Source of the DNA: Tubiluchus corallicola
Lineage: Eukaryota > Animalia > Priapulida
NCBI GenBank assembly: GCA_030141605.1
Contig: JAQGDQ010000155.1
Location: 248,001-312,000, forward strand
DNA length: 64,000 bases
Direction: 5' to 3'
This document shows, piece by piece, positions 14,132 through 25,901 of the stretch. The notes under the pieces are model-generated. The model was not told the origin of the DNA. It ran no database searches and saw only the letters and a list, made by a program, of their open reading frames with translations. The translations under genes and the position numbers were made by a program. Each line of letters starts with the position of its first letter. Within the stretch, counting starts at the first letter, position 1.

Positions 14132-14620
14132 TACAAGGTGTCTCAAAAGTCACATTGACTTCTAATTTTCTTTTTTTTAATTTTTCTCCTGTCACAGCAA
14201 GCTCTTTCATGAATCAAAACTGGCGTATGTGAATTATTTTTGTTTATTTTTGACGTGCTATGGCAAAGGCAGCAATGAGATGCAAAACCAGCCTGGCATG
14301 AGGTGCTTCAGTCACCAAATGAAGTTCAGTGGAAATTTAGAGCACCATATGGACCACATTATTCTTTCAGACCTTCCTCGCCACTCATGGGCCGTCAGAG
14401 ACTTTCTCAATGCGAGCCATTGGAAAGGTTTCTGAGGCTGTTTGGGGCCCCTGAAGAAGACAGTGAAAATAGGAAAGCCGACTAATTCGGTAGTTCTTTT
14501 CAAATTTTCGTCTTATTTGACTAAAAAAATCGCCCAAAGTTTTAGTTGAAGCAGTTTGCTTTGGTTGTTGAAAAAACATGAAAGTTTCCACGAAGTGTTA
14601 CCGTGTTTAATGCTACATAC
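14132..14620 (-). mobile_element. Tc1/mariner-superfamily remnant
   Basis: TA|CAAGGTGTCTCAAAAGTCAC terminal motif. Frameshifted minus-strand sequence loosely resembles a transposase HTH region. Confidence 0.35.
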
Positions 14621-16261
14621 GGTATTCACACGGTCCTTTAACACCTTCAAAGGACTTCGAAACTGCTTGCAAAAGTTGCAGTTACTTTGACACGCAGAGA
14701 ATAAAAGGTGTTAACATGTCCCTAACCATAACTCTACTGTACGTTCCTAAAACGAAATCAGCTTTCTTGGAAAATTTTGTGAGAGAACATAGACGCCTGG
14801 GTGAGATGTCCTGTAGTACAGCTTTTAGCAGGTATTCAAATACTTGTAATGGCTTCTGATGTGGGAGAGACAAGCTGTATGTACACTGCACGCAGCATCA
14901 ACTGAGTGTCGCGAAGCCAGTTGCTGAGCACGCTTTTGCTATCAATCAACATTACTCCCATTTAGCGAGTATGCCTTATTAGCTGTTCAGTTCAGTGACG
15001 GGCTTGCACAACGCACTGACAATCGCACGAGGCGCATCTAAGCACGCACTGGTCGCCATGGAAACGACAGTAACAGCCACCGCGTCCCTGGAAACGCCTC
15101 TAACTGTGTAGCGATTAGAAATTGTCTAGGAACTATTAACAGTTGCATACAACAAAAAGGTGTGACCCCTTTTCTTACATGCTACACCCCATGGAAAGAC
15201 CTGGTTGACTAAAGCTTTCAAAATATATTAAATGACCCAGACCTCATCAGATGTCACGTGATTTATCATTACGCATGGAATATCCATCAATGGTGATGGA
15301 TCAGCATCTAGATATCCCAAAGGATGGAAAGCAAGCCCGATGGTGCACGTACACGAGCAATCAACAACTTGGGAAATGATAGTGCTACAATCACTTAATG
15401 GTGGTTTGGGCTCTGAGTTTCAGGGAGTCAAAGGGACACTGAAGAAATGCACTAATTCATGCTCTGATATGCTCTAAATGAAAAAGAGTTTTGTACTTGA
15501 GTAGCAAATTTTTGCACGGCATAACACCATGAATAGGAGACGAAGAGAAACTTCGTGAGTTTAGTTATTTAATGTCAAAGAGAACTCCGAAGATCAAATT
15601 ACTGCGAAGTGCAAAATTCGTTTGAAAACAAATAAGGAAACTACAGAAACAGGTCATCGCTCCTAGAAGACGAAGAATGGTTTAAAAAATTACCTGCTGA
15701 ATGTAAGTTACCCACACTTAAGCTCACCATCAACAAATGCAAGTTGATAACTGCAATGAAATGTATCAATTTCTCGCATAGTGTCCTCAATCACAAGAAC
15801 ATGGCCATTCAGGGAGTTTATCCACCAAGAATACAGAGAACTAGGACTTACATCTTGGGGACTCTGTAGGACTAGAAGACGTGTGTAGCTGTTGACTTTT
15901 TGCACGCTATTCTAAGACTGCCCGATCGATCAAACTGTGGAGAAATCTAGTAGACAAGATAAAACTACTCACAGCACTAGGTTACCCATCAACAGCAGAA
16001 AGACTAGGCCAGATAATACCCTCATTACTTTTTACAAAACACACCACCTAAGCCGACTTTCCAAAAAAAAATCACAAAAGTAACTCATCAAAAGAGTACA
16101 GAAGAGATCATCACTAGCTGGCTTTTGACACTGTTGGCACTGGACTTGCTTGCTGGTTTATGACTGACTAAAAATATACTGCAGATTTCTGCCTAAATGG
16201 ACTACCTGGCAAAAAGACTGTGTTAATTTAAAACACTTCGTTTGCACCTTCCCAAAATCAA

Positions 16262-16380
16262 AGAAAAAAGTCACAACTTTGGCTACAAAAAAGTCGGTTA
16301 AGGTAAGGGTTAGGGGTTAGGGTTAGGATAAGCGCTAACGTTGGGATTAGAGCTATTTCTTTTTTCCTGTGACTTTTAAC
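16262..16380. repeat. Dispersed element with interstitial TTAGGG-like repeats between AAAAGTCACA/TGTGACTTTT inverted motifs
   Basis: AAAAAAGTCACA...GGTTAAGGTAAGGGTTAGGGGTTAGGGTTAGG...CCTGTGACTTTT. A related copy in opposite orientation at ~50680-51452 hosts the 5S retroposon. Confidence 0.6.
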
Positions 16381-17247
16381 CTAGATTCTTTTGGCATAGT
16401 AATCTCTGTTCTGTCTGTAAACTACACATATCCTTCCTTTCACGTATTCGCTACACAGAAATCTATTGTAACCCAAGACTAGACAACGGTAAATTTCACA
16501 TAATGCCTTGCGGTTACTGTTACAGCACTCACAACATTCCGGCAAGCAAACATATTATTACGAAAAAGCAAATAAGAGTTAAACGCTAAACGTTTCAGGA
16601 GAAGGGCTGAAGATGTGTGCATAAACATTTATATTAGATTCCAAGCGATTCGTCTAGCAAATTGATAGGGCAATTTGAAGCTTGCAGAAAACTTGACGAG
16701 CAAGCAAAGGCAACTGAACACACAACTACAGAAACGTCTGAAGCCCGAAGGTAATTTAACATCTGGGTTCTTTCTGTAATTGTCAAAATGGTGAGCCAAC
16801 TTTACGGAAGATAAAACACGTATTCACCTTTTGTTTTTATTTTAGCAGTCAAAATAATACTAGTAAACTAGTAGTTTGAACTGCAATGTAGCCAAGAATT
16901 CATCTGAGTGGATTTTCCAGGGCGTTTTTCCTTGTCTGGGTTCAAATGATAACAGGTCAAAGGTCAACAAAGGTCAGATATCACAACTTTATTAAGGTTT
17001 ATTTACTAACCAATCAAGATTAGTAAAACATGGCACCTGCTTTCAGCGAGTGAAAGCTGCTAAAGAACCGAAAGTAATGATTTCCCGCAATTCACTAGTC
17101 TATGTACACAGACGATGTCGTCTGTGTTACTTTATACTAATAAGATACTTCTGCAAATTAAAAATACAACGTTAGGCACCAACTGTTTGCAGATCACAAA
17201 TAACAAAAGGATAGCTAAAGAGCATACTCTGCAGAGACGTTTGTAGA

Positions 17248-17365
17248 CCTATGCCCTCACGTGAAAAAACAATTAGTTGAAATCTTCTGGCCTTGTGGCC
17301 CTGACCCTATGCCCTCACGTGAAAAAACAATTAGTTGAAATCTTCTGGCCTTGTGGCCCTGACCC
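17248..17365. repeat. Perfect 58-bp tandem duplication
   Basis: CCTATGCCCTCACGTGAAAAAACAATTAGTTGAAATCTTCTGGCCTTGTGGCCCTGAC x2. Confidence 0.9.
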
Positions 17366-18585
17366 TTGCCTTTTCAGCCAAAAATCAATAAGTTTCCAAG
17401 TCTTGCACAAGCCTATTCATGAGCCAAGTATGGCGACTATATCTTCACTGTTTTGATTTTATAAATTTCTTAATCTTGTGAATTTCTGGTCTTGCCCAGG
17501 CGTGAACCAGGTCAAGCTTGGGAATTATAGCGGCAATTCGTCCGTTTCGATTTCATACATTTTTTTGACGCTCTGCACCCCCTAAAACCTTTGACCTCTT
17601 TAATAAAAAAGGAACGCGTCTCCAGCTCTTATCCAAAGCTGTCTCGGTGCTAAGTATGGCGATTAGCAGGCTTTTTATAGCCTTAACCTTTTTTGGTTTT
17701 ACACGTTGACCTCGTTCTTTTGGACCAAAAAAGCAAAGAGTTTCCAGATCTTGTCCAGGCCTATTTCTGTAGCAAGCTTCATTATATAGTTTCACCCATT
17801 TTGTGCTGACATACTAAACGCACAACCCAAGCACCCATTACTGTCAGCGTGGTAACGAGGGAGTTACAGTCGTCGACAATGTGACATGCAACACGACTAT
17901 CTCGCCAGAAAACAATATGCCGGGTAGTGCTGAATGTTAAAATCCAGACGTGCTGTAGATCATCAGGGACAAGGAACAACATGTTACAACATACACATAC
18001 TCAGATGTGCATAATCTCAAGCTTGTCGCCCAGACATACCATCACAAGCATCATGAATGAGGAAAAGCATCATCAACTAGGACTTCAGCATTAATAAGCA
18101 ATAAATTGCTGCAACGTGCGTAAGTCAGCATTTACATTTTTCAACAAGCTGTCCTCATTACACGCATGAATGATGATTAACATATGCGGCTAATAGCGTG
18201 GCTGATATAGTTGAAAATACTCAAGACTAAATGAAAGACCCAATTTCAGTTGTAAGAAGTTGTTATTAAAATCAGCGCACTTGCATAATTTTAGTGACCG
18301 TCATATAATGTAATCAATGCCAGACGGGCACTTGAGTGTTGAGATAAGATGACCATGCGGGCGATCACCAAGAGGACTTCAAAGTGAAGTGACCATGAGT
18401 TAATCACTAAATGGACAATAAGCAGTGCACTTTACGCCTGATTAGCTTGTCTTCGCCAGAATTATATTAGGAATGAATTAGCACGCAAGTGTAAGTATGC
18501 TAACAGTTTATAAAGCAACTACTGTATTTAAATGTCATATCAAAGGCAGATATCATTGAATATGAAAGTAATGAAACAATGTGAC

Positions 18586-18690
18586 AATAAATAATAACAA
18601 TAATAATAATAATAGCAGCAGCAGCTGCTGCAACAACAACAACAACAACAACAACAGCTGCTGCAACAACAGCAACAATAATAGTAATAA
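18586..18690. repeat. Compound (AAT/CAG/CAA)n microsatellite
   Basis: Directly visible. Confidence 0.9.
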
Positions 18691-19338
18691 AAAATCCAAT
18701 TTTTTGCCAAAAAACGGATACCATGGCAACAGTAAATGGTGTGCTACATATTCAGATACATGTACATGTCCAGACAACTGGGCAGAAAAAACTTTGAAAC
18801 CACTATCTCTCCACGGAACATTTCTGAGTGCAGAGTCAGCACTGGACACACATACATGTGGTCGCCCACCTAATTACGACCAAGGCTTCGGGATGCAACA
18901 ATAGAACCACACAATATAGTACCAAATAGAACAATGCAACCGGTACAAACTCAACTGCAATAATATCACACCAAGTTGTCTTTACCAATTCATCGAAAAA
19001 GATAAATAATACACACTAAAAGTTAATACTATTTTAGTACAATCAATTGAGTAAAATTCAATGGATGTTCAAATTTAATCTAAACTGGATCAGTACGTTT
19101 TTCAAATCACTACAAGCTGTGGTTAATCAGATAATCGGATTGCCACATAGCCATATCGCGTCTCTACATCATCATCGCTTGTGTCGTAAGTACGAAATGC
19201 CCTTAAGCTTTCATTTCCGGGACAGCTTGCAAAAATTGATTTTGATATTCCTCCAGCCAAACAAAAACTCACTTTCTTTCACCACTATATTCCGATCGTT
19301 TTAATTAATTATGTTTATCACCTAAATCACCTGAGACC

Positions 19339-19828
19339 TTAAAGGGGAAGCAAAGGGAATTTTAAAGTACACCCCAAAGATCTTTCCATACAAAGTTATA
19401 TCACTTAGTATTAAGCTTACCTGTTTGAAATACTTATGTAATTAGATAAGAAAATTTTTAGTAATCTAAAATGTTCGTGCCACCTGGTAAAAAAAGCACT
19501 GGCTCACCATCCCAGTGTGCACCACTAATTCACTAAAAACGCATTATTGATCTTACTAACAATATAAAGTAATTTATACATTTGTTTAGTTACTGAAGAG
19601 TATGCTACGAATGCTCCGATTATTTTTCCACACTTCACGCAATGTGTTTTAAACTTGTTTCAAAATGGCTGCACACAACCATTATCGCAGGAATTTAAAT
19701 TTACAAGATTTATACAGCGTTACTGCTAACGCAAGCTCTGTGTGCAATAACACGGCATGGAAGGGATATAAATTTTCACGATAAAATTTGTAAGTTTTAC
19801 TTATGAAGAGTGCTTTCTTGTGCTTTAA
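19339..19828. mobile_element. TTAA-flanked Kolobok/T2-like MITE
   Basis: TTAA-AGGGGAAGCAAAGGG ... TTTCTTGTGCT-TTAA. Homologous to copies at ~4000-4420, 25018, 34494 and 55100. Confidence 0.7.
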
Positions 19829-20923
19829 GCACTTCCTTTAATAGCGTACGAGTCGTGTTTAATGATTTGCGACCCATTTCTGGATACGCCACTATGGCAG
19901 GTTGATGCCACTTAGCCGACAAGCCTATATTACATATGGAACTGCGGCAATAACTTGATTTTGTCTCCCCCGATCTAGATCATTATCGTATCTCAAGTGA
20001 ATTACAGGCAAGATTCAGCAAGCCTGCCACCTTTCTCACGCTAAGAAATGTCAAGCGAAGCCAAGTTCGTCACGCGTGGTGATTTTCACGCCAAGTTCGC
20101 GAGAAAAATGTCAACCTGCTTTGCACGCAGCATCCAAACGGAATCAGGCGAAAGCAGCACTCTCCCGCCTTGCAGAGAGCATCTAAATAGAAATGGAAGC
20201 AAGCCTCCCTTCAGTTTAAAAAGAAATAGGGACAATCTGGCAAAGTGCCGAGGGACAAGTCTGGCAAACTGTGAGTAGCAGGTGCAGTGTAGCACCACCA
20301 CGGTACAAGAATACATTATGTTGGCTGATTTTTGGCAGAGTTAGTACACCGCGTTAGTTTTTCATTCACCGAAACACTATTAGGCCTAATATATCGAAAC
20401 ATATATATGAGCGTACGCAGATTATAAGGAAAACCGGATCCAGTCCTATACTATATAGCTCAAAACACCATCTACCTTATAAGATATTGAAAGAGAATGT
20501 ACTATTTTTCAAGTATGACTTACGCGAAAGAATTATTACCATAGAAAAGTAATTTCGTGTTAGTCCGGCTAGTTCTTTCCAGCCGTTCGGTAGGTCTCGA
20601 AAACGCGTTACACAGAAATATATGCTGTATCTCTCCAATTCAGTTGTGACGTAGTGTGCACGTTCAAGAGTCATTCATGAGGGCAGTAGTAAAATTTGCC
20701 GAATTTTTGTTTATCACACTGAATGTTGTATAGTAGAAATGTACTTCAATTTTCGCTTCGGCAAATTCGCCTAACAATCACGTGGAATGTTTGTGCTGTT
20801 AAAAATAAAATTATGTTCAGGTGTAATTAATTTAGTTTTAGCCTATTATTTAATTACCAGAAAACGCTTTGGTGTTATTATAGATGTAAAATTTATATTT
20901 CTGCCATAGTTCAAGATGGGGCA

Positions 20924-20926
<3 letters not shown>

Positions 20927-20966
<40 letters not shown>

Positions 20967-21625
20967 CTATATTTGCCATAAAAATCGATATTCACAACTA
21001 TAAAAGCATAAAAGAACATCGCAGCATGAGAATAAAATTCACACAACTGTTAAAGGCAAATGCGTCCAGTGCAAACTAAAAACTACTGTGCTAAAAATTT
21101 AAAACAAAAATATACATTATGATATTATGCGGAAATTAATAATAGGCTATATACAATATATACATATAATTTAAAATGGACGCGGGTAAATAAAATTTGT
21201 GGATGAATATATATTATCGTTTACGTATGTTGGGTTTTCAAATCGATTTAATGTGTTTTTAATTTTGATTTGAATTCGTCAAAAGACTTGATTTGTTTTA
21301 AATTTGATGGCAGGGTATTCCAAGGTTGAACTCCTTGTTTAGTGATAGAATTGTTGCCGTATTTGTTATTAGTGCGTGTTTGCTTAATATTGTGTGTTCT
21401 TGGATTTAATGTTGTCTCCAAGAGGAGTGGAAGCTTATTTTTGATGAAGGGCATGTTAATATTGTTGATGTATTTATATAAAAAGAGGATTGTGTAGAAG
21501 TCTTTATGTGCTTGTAAAATTGGGATTTTAAACATTGTTCTTAATTCTGTTGCAGAGGTTTGATTTGTTATGAGAGACGTTTTATTTGAATAGCCAGCGA
21601 CTAATCTTAATGCATAATTTTGAAG
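20927..21625 (-). mobile_element. CR1/L2-group LINE 3' fragment with (TA)n tail
   Basis: ORF 21248-21535 (RTNNKYGNNSITKQGVQPWNTLP...FKSKLK). The 3' end shares GGCAAATGCGTC-CAGTGCAA with the 52.7-kb LINE. Confidence 0.8.
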
Positions 21626-22529
21626 CTATTTAGTTTGTTATAGCTGTGAAAAATCATCCTGTTTTTCTTTAACACAGATCCAGAAAAAACGTGGTTGAAC
21701 GATTTGGAGCTTTCGATATTGGAGAAGAAAGTCGAAGAGAAAAATTTTATGGTGCAGTAAAACTGTCTGGCAAAAATTTCCTACAGTAATATGGTCCACA
21801 TATCGTTACCTAATTTGGGTTAAGGTACAACATAAAAGTCCTCCATTAGGTCAAGCCCACAACAAAGGAGAAAGGTTGTACATAAAATAGCAGCAACAGA
21901 AATAAAAAAGTAACAAAATGATCTTGGACTGGTCCACATAAATTTGCACACAAAAATGGGTATCCAATCATTTATGTACATTTTCTAGAAAACTCAAACA
22001 GAGCCTTCTCTAGAAATATTTTCTAGAGTCAAACAGCGAAAAGTAGACATTGTTTATTCGATTGAAATTTAAAGCAGTTTCTACATGCGAAGTTCTCCAC
22101 TTTTCACTTACAAAACATCGCCGCAAGTTAAAAAGTGAGAATTATCGGTGAAATTGCTAATGTGAACCGGGCTTACGTGGAAATCCGGCCAACGGAACAT
22201 AACGACAGAGCGGATTCGGTCGACTCAACGACTCTCATCCGTGTAATTATGATTTACTGATGAAAGTATTACGTCTGATAATAGGAAACGCCTCCCGTGG
22301 GATTCGAACTCAGCTGTCTTTGATGATTGTGCGTCAAAAGCGCCTTGCCTGTTCGAAATGCAAAGCGGAGAGGCAGCAGATGTGTGTGTGTGTGTGTGTA
22401 AAATGTAATAGCGTCTTGTAGATAGTAAATGAACGTGTATTATTAATAGCTTAGGACGTGTGCGTGTGTGTTGAGCAAAGAAGGCGTTCAATCTCTTATT
22501 GATCTTTCGCAGTAACAGGTATTTATAAG

Positions 22530-23050
22530 CTTGTGTCTGGACGCAGTGAAAGGTAGAAACTACAAACTTTGCATGAAAACTCTTGATTCTTAATAGTCAT
22601 AACGCTCCGCTACACACAATACAGAGAGTAGTGTCCAGTGTGAAGGTTCGTATGTTTGGACGCACTGATAGATGCTACAAATTTTGCATCAAAACTCTTG
22701 ATTCTTGATAGACAAAAATGTCCGCTACACACAAGACAGAGAGTAGTGTCCAGTGTGGAGGTTCGCATGTCTGGACGCACTGAAAGATGCTACAAACCTT
22801 GCACGAACTCTTGATTTTTGGTGGTCAAAAATGTCCGCTACACACAAGACAGAAAGTAGCGGCCAGTGTGGAGGTTCGCATGTCTGGACGCACTGAAAGA
22901 CGCTACAAACATTGCACGAACTCTTGATTCTTGATAGTCAAAAATGTCGGCTACACACAAGACAGAAAGTAGTGGCCAGTGTGGAGGTTCGTATGTCTGG
23001 ACGCACTGATAGATGCCACAAACTTTGCATGAAAACTCTTGATTCTTGGT
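22530..23050. repeat. ~113-119-bp tandem repeat, ~4.5 copies
   Basis: TGGACGCA.TGA.AGATGCTACAAA...CTACACACAAGACAGA.AGTAG recurs at ~22536, 22655, 22770, 22883 and 22996. Confidence 0.9.
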
Positions 23051-23279
23051 GGCCGAAAGTCATATCCCTTGCACTAGGCCTTCTAGACGAACTTTACAAA
23101 GTAGAACAATTTCCTTTTCCACCCCTACCAGAATGGCTTCCTTACAATTGAGTATGTAAGGTTCTATTTCTTTGGACCTAAGATTTCCAATTAAGTCTTT
23201 TCAACATAATAATTTTTAATGTATGTTTGTAAAATTGAAAAAGGTTGCACTTTTTCGTTTTTGAGAAAAACATAGATTA

Positions 23280-23382
23280 CAGGGTTCCCACAGAATTTTA
23301 AAATAAATTTCCCTGACTTTTCTATGACTTTCCAGGATGTATTTCTAAGGATTTTCCAGGATTTCCCTGACCGTGGGAACCC
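23280..23382. mobile_element. Small hAT-like MITE
   Basis: CAGGGTTCCCAC ... GTGGGAACCC inverted ends; internal TTTCCNTGAC subterminal repeats. Confidence 0.6.
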
Positions 23383-23731
23383 ATACCTGGTTATCAATAT
23401 ACATTAAAATAAGAACACATGCACATATTTTTGGCATGTGACTATGAGTTATTCACACCAGAACATAAATTTACACCTCATTCTTGACTCTATGGGCCCC
23501 AGAAGAAAGCAGAAAGCCCTCTCTTACAGACTCCGAGTCAATGCAGCACCTACACAAAGCTACAATAACAAATCCGACATTTTACAATGTGAAAAACTTA
23601 TCTACTACCCAGGCAAATCTTACACGAGGCAGCTATGACAAGGTTAAACTTACATGTATAAATCTAAGTGCGTGTATATTTGTATATTTAATTTAATTTA
23701 TTCAGATAATAATATGTATGTATATACGTAC

Positions 23732-23741
23732 GTGTGTGTGT

Positions 23742-23799
<58 letters not shown>

Positions 23800-23855
23800 A
23801 CGTGCGTGTGTGTGTGTGTGTGCATGAGTGCGTGAGCGTGTGACTGTATGTGTGT
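23732..23855. repeat. (GT)n microsatellite
   Basis: Directly visible; another at 35724-35810. Confidence 0.95.
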
Positions 23856-24076
23856 CACATGCATACATTTATGTGATAATAATGATAATCATGACGATGA
23901 TTATTTTTTGTTGTATTATATAAATCCGAAGAGGCCAGTTCAAGTTTATAACATTTAATTATAACAACATGTAAAGGCTTAACAGCAAGCGGCTGCCCTA
24001 ATCCAGTCACGTGGTCAGAAGCATGGTTACACCAAAAGCAACAATAAAAATCGAAAATTACTGTAAATGAAAAAAT

Positions 24077-24475
24077 ATATATATAATAATCTTTATTTGC
24101 CATTAAAAACATTGATAATCACTGATAAAAACTTTACAGAGATAATCAATCAGTGTTAGTTAATAAAAACTTACACTGCTGAAGGCAAATGCGTCAGTGC
24201 AATCTAAACTACTGTGCAGTAATGACGAATAAAATCAAACATATTTACAACCATACACAAAAAAAACTAAAAAAAAACTATGATTTAATTAATATGGCCG
24301 TGGGTATATGAATTCTGAATTAGTGTGTATGTTGTCGTACTGGTGTGATGGTATTTCATATCTGGTTAATATTAGTGATTTTAATTTTGTTTTAAATGCC
24401 GATAGGGACTTGATTTGTTTAACCTGTAATGGTAGAGAATTCCAAAGTAAAATTGCTTGTTTGAAAAATATTCAT
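24077..24475 (-). mobile_element. LINE 3' fragment, sister subfamily
   Basis: ATAATCTTTATTTGCCATTAAAA...GGCAAATGCGTCAGTGCAATCTAAACTACTGTGC; reads KQAILLWNSLP on the minus strand. Confidence 0.8.
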
Positions 24476-25017
24476 AGTCTAAACAATGATAATGACTATG
24501 ATAATGATGACGATTATGATGACGATATGTCATCGCATAAGAACTCTATGTATTGTATGTGTATAAAGCAAAAATGCAACTGATAAAGTATCTCACCAAG
24601 CGTTTTACAAGTCGTTTAAGACCCATTTGAAAGATGCAACGCCCTGTTTTTGTTACTCATGCCCTGCAGTTTAGCTGATTGTGATTTTAGATCTTAAAGA
24701 TCCCTAGGTCTAACAAGACGTTACTAAGACAAAAACCGACAGCTTTCTTTCCTACACGCCTAAATGATTCAAGATCAGAAGGCAGCTAATATTCAAGTTC
24801 TACGCAAGGAAACCCGTCAAGCGGCGGTCGCGTTGTCATGACAACAAGCAGTTGAGCCAGTAAAACAGGAAAACAACATAACTACAGCTTAGTAGGCCCA
24901 TGAATGTAATCACACGTTTCATGAAAACGATGGGCTACCTGGATTAACACTCGAATGCCTCTCAGATGCTAAATCTTTGAAGAAAATTGCAACTAAAAGA
25001 TAATAAGTTTGCAGAAA

Positions 25018-25336
25018 TTAAAGGACAAGGAAATGCTTTATTCACATAAAGCTAAAAAAATCGCCTTGAAAATTGTATCTGCCTTATTGCGCATAGAGCT
25101 TGTATTAAGTACCTCAGAAACTTCAAAAACACCCACGATGACCGTTAGACGTAGCCATTTTGTCAATAAGATTAAAAAACGTTTTTAAGTGAGTCAGTGA
25201 CATTTTACCAGTTAGCGTAAGCTAAGAATTTTCTTGTCTAGTTACATAATTCTTTCAAGCGGGAAAGCGTAATGCTAAGTAGTAAATGCTAAGTTTTTTG
25301 GGACATACTTTAAATTAACCTTTTCATCCCCTTTAA
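25018..25336. mobile_element. TTAA-flanked Kolobok/T2-like MITE (short, opposite orientation)
   Basis: TTAA-AGGACAAGGAAA ... TTTTCATCCCCT-TTAA. Confidence 0.7.
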
Positions 25337-25795
25337 AGCTACTCCTAGCTAATCATTTACGTTCTTATCTTCAAGACCACCATTTAGCTATTACAATATA
25401 CTTGGAACCAAAAGAAAGTACAAAGAATCACAAGGAGGTAGTCCAGTAGTTTATCTAAAAGGTTCAACAGCTTATAATGATTCATTTTTCCTATCAACAG
25501 GTGTCACTGCATTATTCACAACATACCAGTCACTACTAACACTGTTTACAATGTCAGTGTTGACATCTACTAAATTTACTACTGAACTGATACATCCTTG
25601 ACAACGGTCCTGTGGGTACATGAGAACTCGAAAGCGAACTGATTTTTTTACGGAATCACCATAACCTCAAAAAAACAGTTGTCATTTTTCCACTAAATAA
25701 AAAAAGTTGATGATCCCGCTAGTGCAAATGTAGAGTACTTTCATCAATCAATATTTTTATTAGTGATGGATAATTACAAAAACTTTTTTACTTAC

Positions 25796-25901
25796 CAATG
25801 CCGAGTTAATCTCGTTGGAGTCTCCATTTGGATATGGCAAATACACGGCTAGGGCTACACAGTTAGCAAATATAGTTAGCAATATCAAGTACTCAAATGG
25901 T
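25796..25901 (-). CDS. Cav1 alpha-1 subunit, exon 3 (domain I S1 helix and S1-S2 loop); not in the ORF track
   Basis: 106-nt exon: TTCAG|A CCA TTT GAG...GCA TTG|GTAAGT, encoding (K)[35 protein letters not shown]. The phase-2 junction AA+A gives Lys. Confidence 0.95.

Noticed and set aside
15525-15900. Possible BED-finger (AKCKI) and LINE RT remnants
   Set aside because: Too short and stop-ridden to support by eye.
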